Shown here: positions 1 through 10,794 of the stretch, piece after piece | Layout: every line of letters starts with the position of its first letter | How positions within the stretch are numbered: the stretch's first letter is position 1 | Source of the DNA: a virus | Strand: one strand, 5' to 3' | Length of the DNA stretch: 64,000 nt | Virus record (IMG/VR): IMGVR_UViG_3300028559_000015 | Coordinates: 25,905-89,904 of that record | Translations under genes and position numbers: made by a program | The notes under the pieces: model-generated | The model's input: only the letters and a program-made list of their open reading frames with translations | What the model was told of the DNA's origin: nothing | The model's database searches: none

Positions 1-2172
1 GATCTTATCGAAGATGCAGACGTACTCACTGGCTGGAACTCAGAAGGGTACGACGTTCCCTATATGGTGAATCGGGTTACTCGGATGATGAGTAAGAACG
101 ACACTCGCAGGTTCTGTCTGATGGGTCAGCTTCCGAAGCCTCGTACTTATGAGCGTTTCGGTAAGGCCGAACAGACATATGACTTTGTTGGTCGTATTCA
201 TCTTGACTACCTACAACTCTACAAGAAGTATAACTACGAATCTCGTCACAGCTATTCACTTGATGCGATCGGTGAGTATGAACTAGGTGAACGCAAGACT
301 CAATACGAAGGATCATTGGATCAGCTATACAACAAGGACTTTAGAAAGTTCATCGAGTATAACCGTCAGGACACGATGCTTGTGTTCAAGATTCACAATA
401 AGCTAAAGTTTCTTGATCTTGCAAACGCCCTAGCGCATGAGAACACTGTGCTACTCCCAACGGTCATGGGGTCAGTGGCGATGATCGAAATGGCAGTAAT
501 GAACGAATCACATGCTCGTGGCTTCGTCGTTCCGGACAAGAAGCGTAAAGACTCTCACGATGAAGTCTCTCAGGCAGCGGGTGCTTACGTGGCTACTCCG
601 CACAAAGGCATTCACGAATGGGTAGGAGCAGTTGACATCAACTCGCTGTATCCTTCTGCTATTCGTGCATTGAACATGGCCCCTGAAACTATCGTGGGTC
701 AGGTTAGGCAAACGCTTACTGATCAATATATGAATGATAAGAGCCTTTCGCTAGCTAAAGATAAGCGCAAAAAGAAGAACGGGGATGATGCAGAAGCTGT
801 CACTGGTGCTATTCTTTGGGAAGGTCTGTTTGGTTCACTAGAGTATACTGCTGTGATGAACCAAGAGCGCGGGACGACGCTCACGATTGATTATGCAGAC
901 GGTCGCAGTGAAGAAAAGTCTGCTGCTGAAATCTGGAAGATGATCTTTGATAGTCATCGTCCTTGGATCCTTTCAGCTAACGGAACCATCTTCACTTACG
1001 AGAAAGAAGGAATCATTCCGGGTCTGCTGTCTCGCTGGTATACAGAACGTAAAGCTATTCAGAAGCAAGCTAAAGAAGCGTACGGTACTGATATGTACGA
1101 GTACTACGATAAGCGTCAGCTTGTTCGTAAGATTCTGCTAAACTCTGCATACGGCGCGCTTTTGAACGAACACTGTCGATTCTACGACAAGCGCATCGGT
1201 CAATCTGTCACGTTGTCTGGTCGCCAGATTGTCAAGCACATGATGAGTCAAATCAATGAAATCGTTGAAGGCACTTATCAGCATGACGGTAAAGCTATCG
1301 TCTATGGCGACACTGACTCCTGCTACTTCACTGCATATCCTGCACTCAAGCCTCAGATTGAAAGGGGAGAGCTAGAGTGGAGCAAGGAACTGTGTGTCGA
1401 ACTATACGACAACATCGCAGACCAAGCTAATGATAGCTTCCCGGCTTTCATGGAGAAGGCGTTTCATGCCCCGCGCAAGAACGGTGAAATCATCAAGGCT
1501 GGTCGAGAATTGATCGGTGATCGTGCGATCTTCATCACGAAGAAGCGTTATGCTATCAACATCTTCGATAAGGAAGGCAAGCGACAGGACACTAACGGTA
1601 AGCTAGGCTCTGTCAAGGCAATGGGTCTTGATCTGAAACGTGCTGATACGCCGAAGTATGTTCAAGAATTCTTGATGCAAGTGCTTTGTATGGTCATTCA
1701 GGAAGGTAAGAACCGCGATGATGTCGTTGACAAGATTCGTGAGTTCAAGACTTGGCTCTCTACACAAGATAGTTGGACTAAGGGAAATCCGAAGTCTGTC
1801 AACAATCTGACTAATCACACTATCAAGTTTGAGAAGACTGGTAAGTGTGCAGTTGGTCATGCTAAAGCTGCTATCAACTACAACTATCTTCGTAGGATGA
1901 ATAGTGATCAGTATAGTCAGAAGATTGTCGACGGCATGAAGGTTATCGTCTGTTCTCTCAAAGATAACATGTTCGGCTTTACTTCTGTCGCATATCCTAC
2001 AGACGAACTTAGACTTCCGCAATGGTTCCTTGAACTGCCTTTCGATGATCTAGACATGGAACGAAAGCTAGTTGATGAGAAGATCGACAATCTATTGGGT
2101 GTTCTAAACTGGAATATCCGAGTAGATACTAACACTAACAGTACTGCCAGTGATCTTTTCAGTTTCGGTTAA
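1..2172 (+). CDS. Family B DNA polymerase (5' truncated by window edge)
   Basis: Frame open from base 1 (DLIEDADVLTGWNSEGYDVPY, ExoII); motifs DINSLYPS, KILLNSAYG, YGDTDS, KKRY. Confidence 0.97.
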   Translation, partial: DLIEDADVLTGWNSEGYDVPYMVNRVTRMMSKNDTRRFCLMGQLPKPRTYERFGKAEQTYDFVGRIHLDYLQLYKKYNYESRHSYSLDAIGEYELGERKTQYEGSLDQLYNKDFRKFIEYNRQDTMLVFKIHNKLKFLDLANALAHENTVLLPTVMGSVAMIEMAVMNESHARGFVVPDKKRKDSHDEVSQAAGAYVATPHKGIHEWVGAVDINSLYPSAIRALNMAPETIVGQVRQTLTDQYMNDKSLSLAKDKRKKKNGDDAEAVTGAILWEGLFGSLEYTAVMNQERGTTLTIDYADGRSEEKSAAEIWKMIFDSHRPWILSANGTIFTYEKEGIIPGLLSRWYTERKAIQKQAKEAYGTDMYEYYDKRQLVRKILLNSAYGALLNEHCRFYDKRIGQSVTLSGRQIVKHMMSQINEIVEGTYQHDGKAIVYGDTDSCYFTAYPALKPQIERGELEWSKELCVELYDNIADQANDSFPAFMEKAFHAPRKNGEIIKAGRELIGDRAIFITKKRYAINIFDKEGKRQDTNGKLGSVKAMGLDLKRADTPKYVQEFLMQVLCMVIQEGKNRDDVVDKIREFKTWLSTQDSWTKGNPKSVNNLTNHTIKFEKTGKCAVGHAKAAINYNYLRRMNSDQYSQKIVDGMKVIVCSLKDNMFGFTSVAYPTDELRLPQWFLELPFDDLDMERKLVDEKIDNLLGVLNWNIRVDTNTNSTASDLFSFG

Positions 2173-2180
2173 CTAGAGCA

Positions 2181-2209
2181 TTGACAAGCGCAAAGAAATC
2201 CACTATTAT
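2181..2209 (+). promoter_or_regulatory. sigma70-type promoter
   Basis: TTGACA-N17-TATTAT, followed by late-type CTAAATA upstream of the clamp gene. Confidence 0.6.
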
Positions 2210-2253
2210 ACACAGTATAAAATCCTAAATATCATTAACAAAGGAAACACATA

Positions 2254-2988
2254 ATGAAAGACTACTTGCTCGACCTAGTTGAACACACTCATGCCCTCGG
2301 CATCATTGATCTTGTCAAGATCGTGGGAACCGACACAGAAACAAAATTTAGTGCATATTCGGAACAACGGGAGGCTGTGGTCACTGGTTCATTCAAGACA
2401 CCGATTCCAGAGTTTGCAGGCACTTTTGGCATGCCTAACCTATCTAAGTTAAAGACTATTATTGGTTTTGCTGAATACGATGACGATGCTAAGATCAATC
2501 TCATCCGAGAGGACTCTGCGGGTGAAAAAGATGCTCCTGCTCGTATCCACTTTGAAACTGCAACGGGTGATTTCGTTAACGACTACCGCCTGATGTTCAG
2601 GTATATCGTTGAAGCTAAGGTGCAGGACGTTAAGTTCCGCGGTGCTACATGGGACGTTGAGTTTGAACCTACTGTTGTCGGAATCAACCGCTTGAAGAAG
2701 CAGGCTTCTGCTAATAGCGAAGAACTCACGTTCAACACCAAGACTGATAACGGAGACCTTAAGATTTACTTCGGTGACATTTCTACTCACTCCGGTAACT
2801 TTGTCTTCCAGCCGGGCGTTACTGGTACTCTGTCTCGTGCGTGGAACTGGCCTGTCAAGGTATTCCTCGCAATCATGGATCTTCCCGGTGACAAAAAGAT
2901 TCGCATAGCAGACGCAGGTGCTATTGAAATCCTTGTAGATAGCGGTCTTGCAACTTATTGCTATCGTTTGCCCGCACAAGCGAAGTAA
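2254..2988 (+). CDS. Probable DNA polymerase sliding clamp (gp45-like)
   Basis: 244 aa, acidic and beta-rich, directly after polB; size and position fit a T4-like clamp. Confidence 0.7.
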   Translation: MKDYLLDLVEHTHALGIIDLVKIVGTDTETKFSAYSEQREAVVTGSFKTPIPEFAGTFGMPNLSKLKTIIGFAEYDDDAKINLIREDSAGEKDAPARIHFETATGDFVNDYRLMFRYIVEAKVQDVKFRGATWDVEFEPTVVGINRLKKQASANSEELTFNTKTDNGDLKIYFGDISTHSGNFVFQPGVTGTLSRAWNWPVKVFLAIMDLPGDKKIRIADAGAIEILVDSGLATYCYRLPAQAK

Positions 2989-3369
2989 ATGATCAATACA
3001 GTAAATGGATTGGGGAAGTATGTTGTGGTCGACGGCGGAATGCCCGGAACCACATATATAAATACTAGTTCAGGTTATATGAACGTCGGCGATATGCGGT
3101 TCAATCCTTCGCAGCAAAGGATTGAAGTGTATGACGGGAAACACTGGGTTACGTTAAACAGCGGTCATGCTTCGGTTAGGTTAACTTCTTATGCTGAAAC
3201 GGTTATTGATTGGGCTGCCAAGAAGATGCAGGAAGATGCCGAACTTGAAGCGTTATCAAAGTCTAATGCTGCTATCGCCGACTTGGTCAAACAGAAAAAG
3301 AATCTTGACGATAAGATCAAGATGGTACAAATCTTAATTAAAGAAGAGCCGAAACTTGGAACAAATTAA
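2989..3369 (+). CDS. Hypothetical protein
   Basis: Abuts the clamp stop codon; C-terminal coiled coil. Confidence 0.7.
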   Translation: MINTVNGLGKYVVVDGGMPGTTYINTSSGYMNVGDMRFNPSQQRIEVYDGKHWVTLNSGHASVRLTSYAETVIDWAAKKMQEDAELEALSKSNAAIADLVKQKKNLDDKIKMVQILIKEEPKLGTN

Positions 3370-4903
3370 TCTCTCAGCATCACATAACCCAGATTGGGCG
3401 TTGTTTTTGCCAGCAGTCTCGTCTTTCTTCATCGCAGGTCTTGGCAAGCAGCGTGAAGGTGAAAACTATTTTGACGCGGCGAGAATTCCTGCGGCATTCA
3501 ACGGTGATGTTGAGAAGTTAAACTTTCTAAACGAGAAGGAAGGCTTGTACACGTACAAGTGGGGACTGTACTCTGCTGGTCACGCTAATCTAGACATCAC
3601 GAAGGACGACAACAACGAATCGATCATTCGTAAGCGTGATCGCCAGAATACATTCATGTTAGGTGACTCTGGTGGATTCCAGATTCTAAAATGTCAATGG
3701 CCTGCTGATTGGAAAGACCCCAACTGCCCTCGTGCAATGAAGAAGCGTACAGAAGTTCTTAAGTGGATGGATGAGTACATGGACTACGGCATGTGTCTTG
3801 ATATTCCATCGCAGTCTTTGACAACGTATCACATCGTTGACAAGAAGACCGGCAAGTCCGCACACGGTATCAGCACTATTGAAGAAGCAATCACAGCCAC
3901 ACATATCAACAATGAGTATTTTGTTGCTAATCGTGATGGTCGTTGCAAGTTTCTAAACGTTCTACAAGGACGCAATCATACGCAGTCTGATGACTGGTAT
4001 GAAGAAATGAAGAAGTATTGCGATACTAACATCTACGGTGACAAGGCATTCAACGGCTGGGCATTCGGTGGTCAAAACAAGATCGATGTTCACTTGATGC
4101 TTAAACGAATCATCAACATCATTCATGACGGCTATCTTGAAGAAGGTAAGCACGACTTGATTCACTGTCTCGGCACTTCAATCATGGAGTATGCTGTAAT
4201 CTTTACTGATATTCAAAAGGCAGTTCGCAAGTATCATAATCCAAACCTACAGATTACATTTGACTGTGCGTCTCCGTTCTTTGCTGCGGCAAAGGGTCTT
4301 GTTTACAATAACAACACGTTCGAACACGATAGTAAGTGGACGTATGCTATGGAGAAGACGGCCGAGGACAAGAATTATGCTACTGACACCCGTAAGTTCA
4401 GTGACGGTGTATTAGCTGATGGTATTCATATGTTGTTTACTGACAGTCCGGTAACGGAAATGATGGTGATGAAGGACCTTTGTTTCCGTGGTCCAGGCTT
4501 TATTGGTCAACACGGCAAGGAGACGAAGACTAGCTGGGATACTCTTAGCTACACTCTCATTCAGGCACATAATGTGTATCAGCACATGACTGCTGTACAG
4601 GAAGCGAATCGTCGTTATGAGCAGGGCATCATGCCTAAGATGGTCTTTGATCGATTCGATGGTAGAACATTTGGGCAAATCGTTGATGAGATTTTCTCAC
4701 TTAAGGATAGACAACAGAGCTTAGATTTGCTAGAATCACATAGTAGATTTTGGACTCAGATGAAGGCAGGGCAAGGGTTCTCTGGTAAGAAGACAGTCAA
4801 TGCCCACACAATGTTTAACCAGTTATTTGAAGTCGCAGACAGCGACCCCAAAGATGAAGAAATTGAAGACAGTGACGACGCAATGGAAGGTGTGCTAGAA
4901 TGA
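3356..4903 (+). CDS. dpdA: TGT-superfamily guanine transglycosylase (DpdA-like 7-deazaguanine DNA insertion enzyme)
   Basis: TGT motifs MLGDSGGFQ, LDIP, NVLQG, WAFGG, HCLG, FDCAS; clustered with folE/queD/queE; TTG start. Confidence 0.8.
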   Translation: MEQINLSASHNPDWALFLPAVSSFFIAGLGKQREGENYFDAARIPAAFNGDVEKLNFLNEKEGLYTYKWGLYSAGHANLDITKDDNNESIIRKRDRQNTFMLGDSGGFQILKCQWPADWKDPNCPRAMKKRTEVLKWMDEYMDYGMCLDIPSQSLTTYHIVDKKTGKSAHGISTIEEAITATHINNEYFVANRDGRCKFLNVLQGRNHTQSDDWYEEMKKYCDTNIYGDKAFNGWAFGGQNKIDVHLMLKRIINIIHDGYLEEGKHDLIHCLGTSIMEYAVIFTDIQKAVRKYHNPNLQITFDCASPFFAAAKGLVYNNNTFEHDSKWTYAMEKTAEDKNYATDTRKFSDGVLADGIHMLFTDSPVTEMMVMKDLCFRGPGFIGQHGKETKTSWDTLSYTLIQAHNVYQHMTAVQEANRRYEQGIMPKMVFDRFDGRTFGQIVDEIFSLKDRQQSLDLLESHSRFWTQMKAGQGFSGKKTVNAHTMFNQLFEVADSDPKDEEIEDSDDAMEGVLE

Positions 4904-5106
4904 CAGACTATGACACAGAAATTTATCTTTTACAAAAAGAATTCGATTCTCTGACTGCTCAAGCAAATGCGGCGGAGAAGGCCGAAGAAAACTCACTTGA
5001 GATTCACGTACAACGCGGTGCAGTTTATGAAGAACTCACGCGGCTCAATCGATTGAAGTTTGAAGAACTTCACGAAACAACAGGACATGATGACTATGAC
5101 TATTGA
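4900..5106 (+). CDS. Small acidic hypothetical protein
   Basis: ATGA overlap with the upstream gene. Confidence 0.6.
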   Translation: MTDYDTEIYLLQKEFDSLTAQANAAEKAEENSLEIHVQRGAVYEELTRLNRLKFEELHETTGHDDYDY

Positions 5107-5566
5107 TAACGTGTCGGCAGCTAGAATTGCTGCTCAAGCAGAACATCACCGTAGAATTAAGGATCAGGCTAGACGAATGATCTGGGTAACCTTTAAGCGT
5201 GAAGGCATTCACAAGTATCCGGGAGCCGACACTGATCCAGCACTGGCAACAGGTGATGAGTTCGATGTCAGTTTTCTAGGTTTCCCTCACCGACACATCT
5301 TTCACTTTACGGTGGGGATTCAAGTATTTCACAACGACCGAGACATCGAGTTTATTCAGTTTAAACGCTGGCTCGAAAAGATTTTCAACGACGGATTGAT
5401 GCAGCTAGACTATCGGTCGTGTGAAATGGTTAGCGACGAGTTATATGATATGATTGCAACTCGCTATCCTAAGCGTGACATTGAGATTACCGTTTCAGAA
5501 GACGGTGAGAATGGTGCCACAATCTACTACAACATTTTTAAACCTGTACATTCAATCGCCATCTAA
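5087..5566 (+). CDS. dpdL: QueD-paralogous T-fold protein, DpdL-like (putative CDG decarboxylase)
   Basis: LGFPHRHIF matches the LxxxHRHxF variant of the QueD zinc site; SCEM and VSEDGENG C-terminal motifs; start at one of the ATGs at 5087-5096. Confidence 0.7.
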   Translation: MMTMTIDNVSAARIAAQAEHHRRIKDQARRMIWVTFKREGIHKYPGADTDPALATGDEFDVSFLGFPHRHIFHFTVGIQVFHNDRDIEFIQFKRWLEKIFNDGLMQLDYRSCEMVSDELYDMIATRYPKRDIEITVSEDGENGATIYYNIFKPVHSIAI

Positions 5567-5577
5567 GGAGTTATTCA

Positions 5578-5862
5578 ATGGCAAATCTTAATAACAAGTC
5601 TAACGTCAATCAAATCTTCAACGATCTGGATCTGTATCGTGATTTCTGTAGAGAATACGGTTACAGATTCGACGAGCGAGACTTGTACAGCGGTCAGAGC
5701 TATGTCTGGCGTCAACACCAAAAGGCTCTTGCAGGTAAGACTGTAAAGGATCAGTGGGAAGTTGATCGTATCCGCTTCAAGGAACAAGCGGAGCAGAATG
5801 CCCAGCGTAAGAGTTCTGTGCCGGTCCGAGCTAAGAACCAGAGCTTCCGCAAACGGGCATAG
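5578..5862 (+). CDS. Hypothetical protein
   Basis: Strong AAGGAG RBS, operonic position. Confidence 0.75.
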   Translation: MANLNNKSNVNQIFNDLDLYRDFCREYGYRFDERDLYSGQSYVWRQHQKALAGKTVKDQWEVDRIRFKEQAEQNAQRKSSVPVRAKNQSFRKRA

Positions 5863-5872
5863 GGAAAACAAT

Positions 5873-7063
5873 ATGCGTAGATTATACTACATGGGTTTGG
5901 AAGCATACAATGCCCGTTATACCTTACAACTAACTGAATGGAACAGGTGTGTCTTTGACCAGCGCGGTCTTGATGTTACTTACGTTCCCGGTGAAACTCT
6001 TGATGACAGTCAAAAGATTGTTGTTGGGCAGGTACTTGACGCACACGGTCGCTCTTACTTTGCGATGAGTCAGATGATGAACCTGGTTAAGATGATGCAA
6101 CAAGGTAAGGTGACCAACGAAGATGTAATCTACTTTGAAGACATGTTCCAGCCGGGCTTTGAGAGTCTCGGGTACATCATCAATCAAGTTCCTGATAATC
6201 TTCGTCCTCGTATCTTTGTTCGTTGTCTTGCTCAAGCAATCGATCCAGATGACTTTGTTCATGTTTGGGGCATGGGTCTTTGGATGAGTCAATATGAACA
6301 GATGGTTAACAGCATCGTTTCTATCTCGGGCGGTGCAGTTCTTGCAACTAACGAAGAAATGGTAATGCACATGAAGGTGGCGGGTTGGACTGCTCCTATC
6401 TATAATATCTCCGGGCTTGCTTTTGGTAAGAATGAAGTAATTCAACGGCTTGGAGACAAGCTTAGGAACTTTACTGATCGACGCCTTCGCGTAGTGTTCT
6501 CTGCACGTTGGGACCAAGAGAAGCAGCCTGATTTCTACATGGACCTTGTTGAAGCGTGGAGGGAACGTTTTCCTAGCAAGGACGTAGAGTTTGTTGTTTG
6601 CAGCGGGAGTTCGTTGAAGTCAAATAATGAAAGTTACATGGCTCGTACTCGCAAGATGCAAGATAGCGGCAAGCTGACTGTCTACGAAAATCTAGACAAG
6701 CAGAAGTACTACGAAATCCTCAATGATAGTCGTGTTGTTTTCAACTGTGCGCTTCAAGACTGGGTTTCTAATACTGCAAGCGAAGCTGATGCTTTGGGAT
6801 GCAATGTGCTTTACCCTGCGTATCGTAGCTTTCCCGAGACGTTTGCAAACGACCCAGAACGACTTTACATTCCGTGGTCGATTGATGACGCAGTGAACAA
6901 GCTGGATCCATTGCTTCGTAAGGCTCATCCCAACATGGGCAAGCTCAGTGATTGGACTGACAAGACTGTTGATCGTGTGATTGACATCATTGAAGGTAAG
7001 GGGGAGCAGTGGTTGCGTATGTCAAAAGACTACCGCAAATATTCTAAGGAAGCAAAGTATTAA
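5873..7063 (+). CDS. GT-B fold glycosyltransferase
   Basis: C-terminal GT4-like segment [13 protein letters not shown]...SEADALGC; ATG at 5873 after an AGGG RBS. Confidence 0.75.
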   Translation: MRRLYYMGLEAYNARYTLQLTEWNRCVFDQRGLDVTYVPGETLDDSQKIVVGQVLDAHGRSYFAMSQMMNLVKMMQQGKVTNEDVIYFEDMFQPGFESLGYIINQVPDNLRPRIFVRCLAQAIDPDDFVHVWGMGLWMSQYEQMVNSIVSISGGAVLATNEEMVMHMKVAGWTAPIYNISGLAFGKNEVIQRLGDKLRNFTDRRLRVVFSARWDQEKQPDFYMDLVEAWRERFPSKDVEFVVCSGSSLKSNNESYMARTRKMQDSGKLTVYENLDKQKYYEILNDSRVVFNCALQDWVSNTASEADALGCNVLYPAYRSFPETFANDPERLYIPWSIDDAVNKLDPLLRKAHPNMGKLSDWTDKTVDRVIDIIEGKGEQWLRMSKDYRKYSKEAKY

Positions 7064-8127
7064 TGCGTATTGAAAACGAGATACTGCTTGACTTTAGTGA
7101 TGTGTTGATTCGCCCAAAGCGGTCAACACTTGCTAGTCGTAACGGAGTGGTGTTAGAAAGTACATATACATTCAAGTACAGCGGTACTCAATGGCGCGGC
7201 GTCCCTATCATGGCTTCTAACATGGATGGCGTAGGCACCGTTGAAATGGCAACTGCATTGCAACCACTTAACTTGTTTACTTGTTTAGTAAAAACTAACA
7301 CAACGATTCCTTCTGAGCTATATGCTCATCGTTATGCAGTAAGCACTGGTACTAGCGAAAAAGATTTTGAGCGTTTGCAGTCTGTCCTGACTGAAAACCC
7401 ACAAACTAAATTCATCTGTATTGATGTTGCTAACGGCTATAGCGAACACTTTGGTGACTTTGTTGCTAAGGTTAGAAAAGAATACCCCAGTCACACAATT
7501 ATCGCGGGTAATGTTGTTACAGCAGACATGACACAGGAGTTAATTTTACGCGGAGCCGACATCGTTAAAGTGGGCATCGGCCCTGGGAGCGTTTGCACAA
7601 CTCGTATTCAGACTGGCATTGGTTACCCTCAGCTTAGCGCCATCATCGAGTGCGCTGATGCTGCTCATGGTCTTGGTGGACATATCATCTCCGACGGAGG
7701 ATGTGTATGCCCAGGAGATGTTGCTAAGGCATTCGGAGCCGGCGCTGATTTCGTGATGCTAGGGGGTATGCTTGCTGGCCATGACGAAGGCGGCGGTGAA
7801 ATGTTCACTCGCTGGAAACAGACTGGATATTGTGACGAAACCGGTGATCCTATTTTACGAGGCGACCGCAAAGTACAGTTCTACGGAATGAGCAGTGACA
7901 CTGCTATGGACAAGCATCACGGTGGTGTAGCAGCGTATCGTAGTAGTGAAGGCCGTACAGTAGAGATTCCTTATAAAGGGCCAGTTGCAGATACTATCAA
8001 GGATATTGTTGGTGGCTTAAGAAGTGCCTGCACTTATGTTGGTGCAAGTCATCTTACTCATCTTAGCAAATGCACGACCTTTGTTCGGGTAAATAATCAA
8101 TTTAACAATGTATTTGAAGAAAGATAA
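7063..8127 (+). CDS. guaC: GMP reductase
   Basis: [50 protein letters not shown]. Confidence 0.95.
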   Translation: MRIENEILLDFSDVLIRPKRSTLASRNGVVLESTYTFKYSGTQWRGVPIMASNMDGVGTVEMATALQPLNLFTCLVKTNTTIPSELYAHRYAVSTGTSEKDFERLQSVLTENPQTKFICIDVANGYSEHFGDFVAKVRKEYPSHTIIAGNVVTADMTQELILRGADIVKVGIGPGSVCTTRIQTGIGYPQLSAIIECADAAHGLGGHIISDGGCVCPGDVAKAFGAGADFVMLGGMLAGHDEGGGEMFTRWKQTGYCDETGDPILRGDRKVQFYGMSSDTAMDKHHGGVAAYRSSEGRTVEIPYKGPVADTIKDIVGGLRSACTYVGASHLTHLSKCTTFVRVNNQFNNVFEER

Positions 8128-8131
8128 AAAT

Positions 8132-8563
8132 ATGCATCCTGCAATTAAAAACATTATTCCCCTGTATTATGAGTTTGAACCTAAAAGTTTCGAAGCGTTG
8201 AATGACCATGTTACATACATCATGCAAATTTGCGAAGATAATAGTCCAAAGGTCTATTTTTTAGGAGATTGGATTGATACTCTAAACCTCGACATTAAAT
8301 GTAAATATAGATTACGGTACGATGAGCAGGCTCGACGAGCAACCATTTCTGTTGGCAGTGATAGTAGAACTTTAACCACTGAGCCGCGAGGCTTTGTCTT
8401 AAATATGACAGAGGTCGAAGCTGAAAAGTTTGAAAAACTGTTGTTGTTCCCGCTGCTTACCCAAGAGGGCGACACATTCACTATCACGAAGATTAACAAT
8501 TGTGAAATTTCAAGAAATCTTGAACAAGAGAAAATTGATATTTTTAATTCTTTTTTCAGTTGA
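8132..8563 (+). CDS. Hypothetical protein (AT-rich)
   Basis: ORF fills the gap between guaC and the folE leader. Confidence 0.6.
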   Translation: MHPAIKNIIPLYYEFEPKSFEALNDHVTYIMQICEDNSPKVYFLGDWIDTLNLDIKCKYRLRYDEQARRATISVGSDSRTLTTEPRGFVLNMTEVEAEKFEKLLLFPLLTQEGDTFTITKINNCEISRNLEQEKIDIFNSFFS

Positions 8564-8648
8564 CTAAATAACAATGTAGCACAAAGGCTACAACTTGAGA
8601 ATTATTCTCCGTTGGGTATTAACGTTAGATACTTTGAAAGGAAAAACT

Positions 8649-9329
8649 ATGTCTTTTAATAAAAATAAATGTGACCCCGAATTAGGTCGTCGCGTTCACG
8701 AACATCTAGTGAATATGGGAGTTGAAACTCCCACTATCGAAAACAATCTCAGCAGAACCGACAAAATTGAGATCATTGAACGCAAGTTTAAGGATATCAT
8801 GGAAACCTTAGGGCTTGACCTGAGTGATGATAGTCTTATCGAAACTCCGAAGCGTGTTGCCAAAATGTATGTAGGTGAAATCTTTTGGGGCCTCGACTAT
8901 GAGGCATTTCCGAAGTGTACTACAGTTGACAACAAGATGAAGTATAACGAGATGGTCGTTGAACGCAACGTGAATGTGCAATCTAACTGTGAACATCACT
9001 TTGTCATCATCGACGGTCTTGCTACTGTAGCTTATGTCCCGAATGAAAAGGTTCTTGGTCTATCAAAGATCAATCGCATCGTTGAATACTTCAGCAAGCG
9101 TCCTCAGATTCAGGAGCGTTTGACTGAACAGGTATTCCATGCACTTCGTTTTATTCTCGAAACAGAAGATGTTGCGGTCATGATTGACGCTCAACACTAT
9201 TGCGTTAAAAGCCGCGGCGTTGAGGATACCGGTTCCTCTACGGTGACAGTACGTTTGGGTGGTGGATTCAAGAACGACGCCGCAGCAAGAGCAGAGTTTC
9301 TTAGTATTGCTCGTATGGGCAAGTGCTAA
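8649..9329 (+). CDS. folE: GTP cyclohydrolase I
   Basis: ETPKRVAKM, SNCEHHF, GLSKINR, QIQERLT, HYCVKSRG; ATG at 8649 after AAGGA. Confidence 0.96.
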   Translation: MSFNKNKCDPELGRRVHEHLVNMGVETPTIENNLSRTDKIEIIERKFKDIMETLGLDLSDDSLIETPKRVAKMYVGEIFWGLDYEAFPKCTTVDNKMKYNEMVVERNVNVQSNCEHHFVIIDGLATVAYVPNEKVLGLSKINRIVEYFSKRPQIQERLTEQVFHALRFILETEDVAVMIDAQHYCVKSRGVEDTGSSTVTVRLGGGFKNDAAARAEFLSIARMGKC

Positions 9330-9808
9330 TGATCTTCAACAAGATTAAGAAACTAAAAGAGAACGGTCGCACGATTGGCATTACCTTCTCGACCTTTGAT
9401 ATGCTACATGCGGGTCACATTGCAATGCTTTCAGAAGCTAAGAATCATTGTGACTACTTAATTTGCGGGTTGCAGACCGATCCTACTATTGACCGACCAG
9501 ATACAAAGAACAAGCCAGTTCAAAGTATTGTAGAGAGGCAGATTCAACTTAGTGCTTGTCGCTTTGTTGACGAGATTGTTATCTATGAAACGGAAAAAGA
9601 TTTGATAGATTTACTCTTGACGTTGCCCCTAGATTGTCGTATACTAGGTGTAGAGTATGAACATAGAGACTTCACTGGTCGAGGAGAATGTCAAGACCGA
9701 GGGATTGAACTCATATTCAATGGTAGAGACCACAGCTTTAGTAGCAGCAATTTACGAAAGCGTGTAGCAGAAGCAGAAAGAAACAAAGATGGAACACGAG
9801 AAGTTTAA
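9329..9808 (+). CDS. HxGH cytidylyltransferase (TagD/glycerol-3-phosphate CT-like)
   Basis: TFDMLHAGH motif; RDHSFSSS tail. Confidence 0.88.
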   Translation: MIFNKIKKLKENGRTIGITFSTFDMLHAGHIAMLSEAKNHCDYLICGLQTDPTIDRPDTKNKPVQSIVERQIQLSACRFVDEIVIYETEKDLIDLLLTLPLDCRILGVEYEHRDFTGRGECQDRGIELIFNGRDHSFSSSNLRKRVAEAERNKDGTREV

Positions 9809-9998
9809 CCATAACAAGTTCAATAATATTAGATGGTCGTTCACTCTGCCAGTCAACACTTATCAGTTTCCCGCATATAAGAAGGAAACGGTTGAAGAAA
9901 TGATTGAACGAATGGATGCAGATGACGCGGTGATTGGGGTGATGACTTCGTATCCCACTGCTGAGAAGATGCTTAACAAATTGTATGGAAAAGCATAA
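9789..9998 (+). CDS. Hypothetical protein
   Basis: Overlapping operonic ORF. Confidence 0.55.
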   Translation: MEHEKFNHNKFNNIRWSFTLPVNTYQFPAYKKETVEEMIERMDADDAVIGVMTSYPTAEKMLNKLYGKA

Positions 9999-10203
9999 GT
10001 TAGACTTACATGGTGTACGGCATCAAGATGTTGATGCTCTGGTGGAGAACTTTGTTCTGACGAATCAGCAAAGTTTTCCACTCACCGTCGTTTGTGGCAA
10101 TAGCGTAAAAATGACACAACTAGCTGAAACAGTACTAAATAGGATTGGGTGTAACACATTTGTACTACGTTACGGAACAATCATTGTACATGGGTTCAAC
10201 TAA
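9985..10203 (+). CDS. Stand-alone Smr-domain protein
   Basis: LDLHG motif and VVCGNS loop, 72 aa. Confidence 0.7.
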   Translation: MEKHKLDLHGVRHQDVDALVENFVLTNQQSFPLTVVCGNSVKMTQLAETVLNRIGCNTFVLRYGTIIVHGFN

Positions 10204-10213
10204 AAATATCCGA

Positions 10214-10280
10214 ACCGGTCTCTTTGGGCATCATCCCGGTATACAAACTCTGCCGCCTGTGCTATTATTAACATAGGAGA
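10214..10280 (+). promoter_or_regulatory. Candidate preQ1-I-like riboswitch upstream of queD
   Basis: P1 ACCGG/CCGGT, loop begins with U and ends with C, A-rich L3 ATACAAA, GGCA/TGCC pseudoknot, anti-SD hairpin CCTGTG/CATAGG. Confidence 0.5.
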
Positions 10281-10287
10281 TTAAAAT

Positions 10288-10794
10288 ATGGCAGGACAAT
10301 CAGTATCATACAAGTACACAAGTACTAAAGAGTATCACGACGCCTTTCCATGCGCTTATCGCCAATGGCGAGCCGATAGCCATTGCAATCTTATTCACGG
10401 CTATTCGTTTTCTATGAAGTTCTACTTCGGGACTGATAGTCTCGATGTTCGTAATTGGGCTGCCGACTATGGTGGTCTTAAGGAATTGAAAGCAATCCTC
10501 GAGGATCAGTTTGATCATACTCTCCTTGTGGCAGAAGATGATCCTGAACTTGAAACGTATATGATGCTACAGGAAAAGAAGTTGGCCAAACTAACTATTC
10601 TTCCGAAGCTCGGATGTGAGGGTCTTGCTGACATGCTCTACAATTATGTCAACGGCGTGTATATCCCTGATATGTGGGGTCAAGCAGAATCGGAGCGTCT
10701 ATGGTGCTATCGAGTAGAAGTTCGTGAGACACAGAGCAACATGGCTTTCAGAGAAGGCCGCCGAGAAGACAATGAGGACCTGCTAAATGGTTAA
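10288..10794 (+). CDS. queD: 6-carboxy-5,6,7,8-tetrahydropterin synthase
   Basis: CNLIHGY, DYGGLK, FDHTLL, VEVRET. Confidence 0.9.
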   Translation: MAGQSVSYKYTSTKEYHDAFPCAYRQWRADSHCNLIHGYSFSMKFYFGTDSLDVRNWAADYGGLKELKAILEDQFDHTLLVAEDDPELETYMMLQEKKLAKLTILPKLGCEGLADMLYNYVNGVYIPDMWGQAESERLWCYRVEVRETQSNMAFREGRREDNEDLLNG

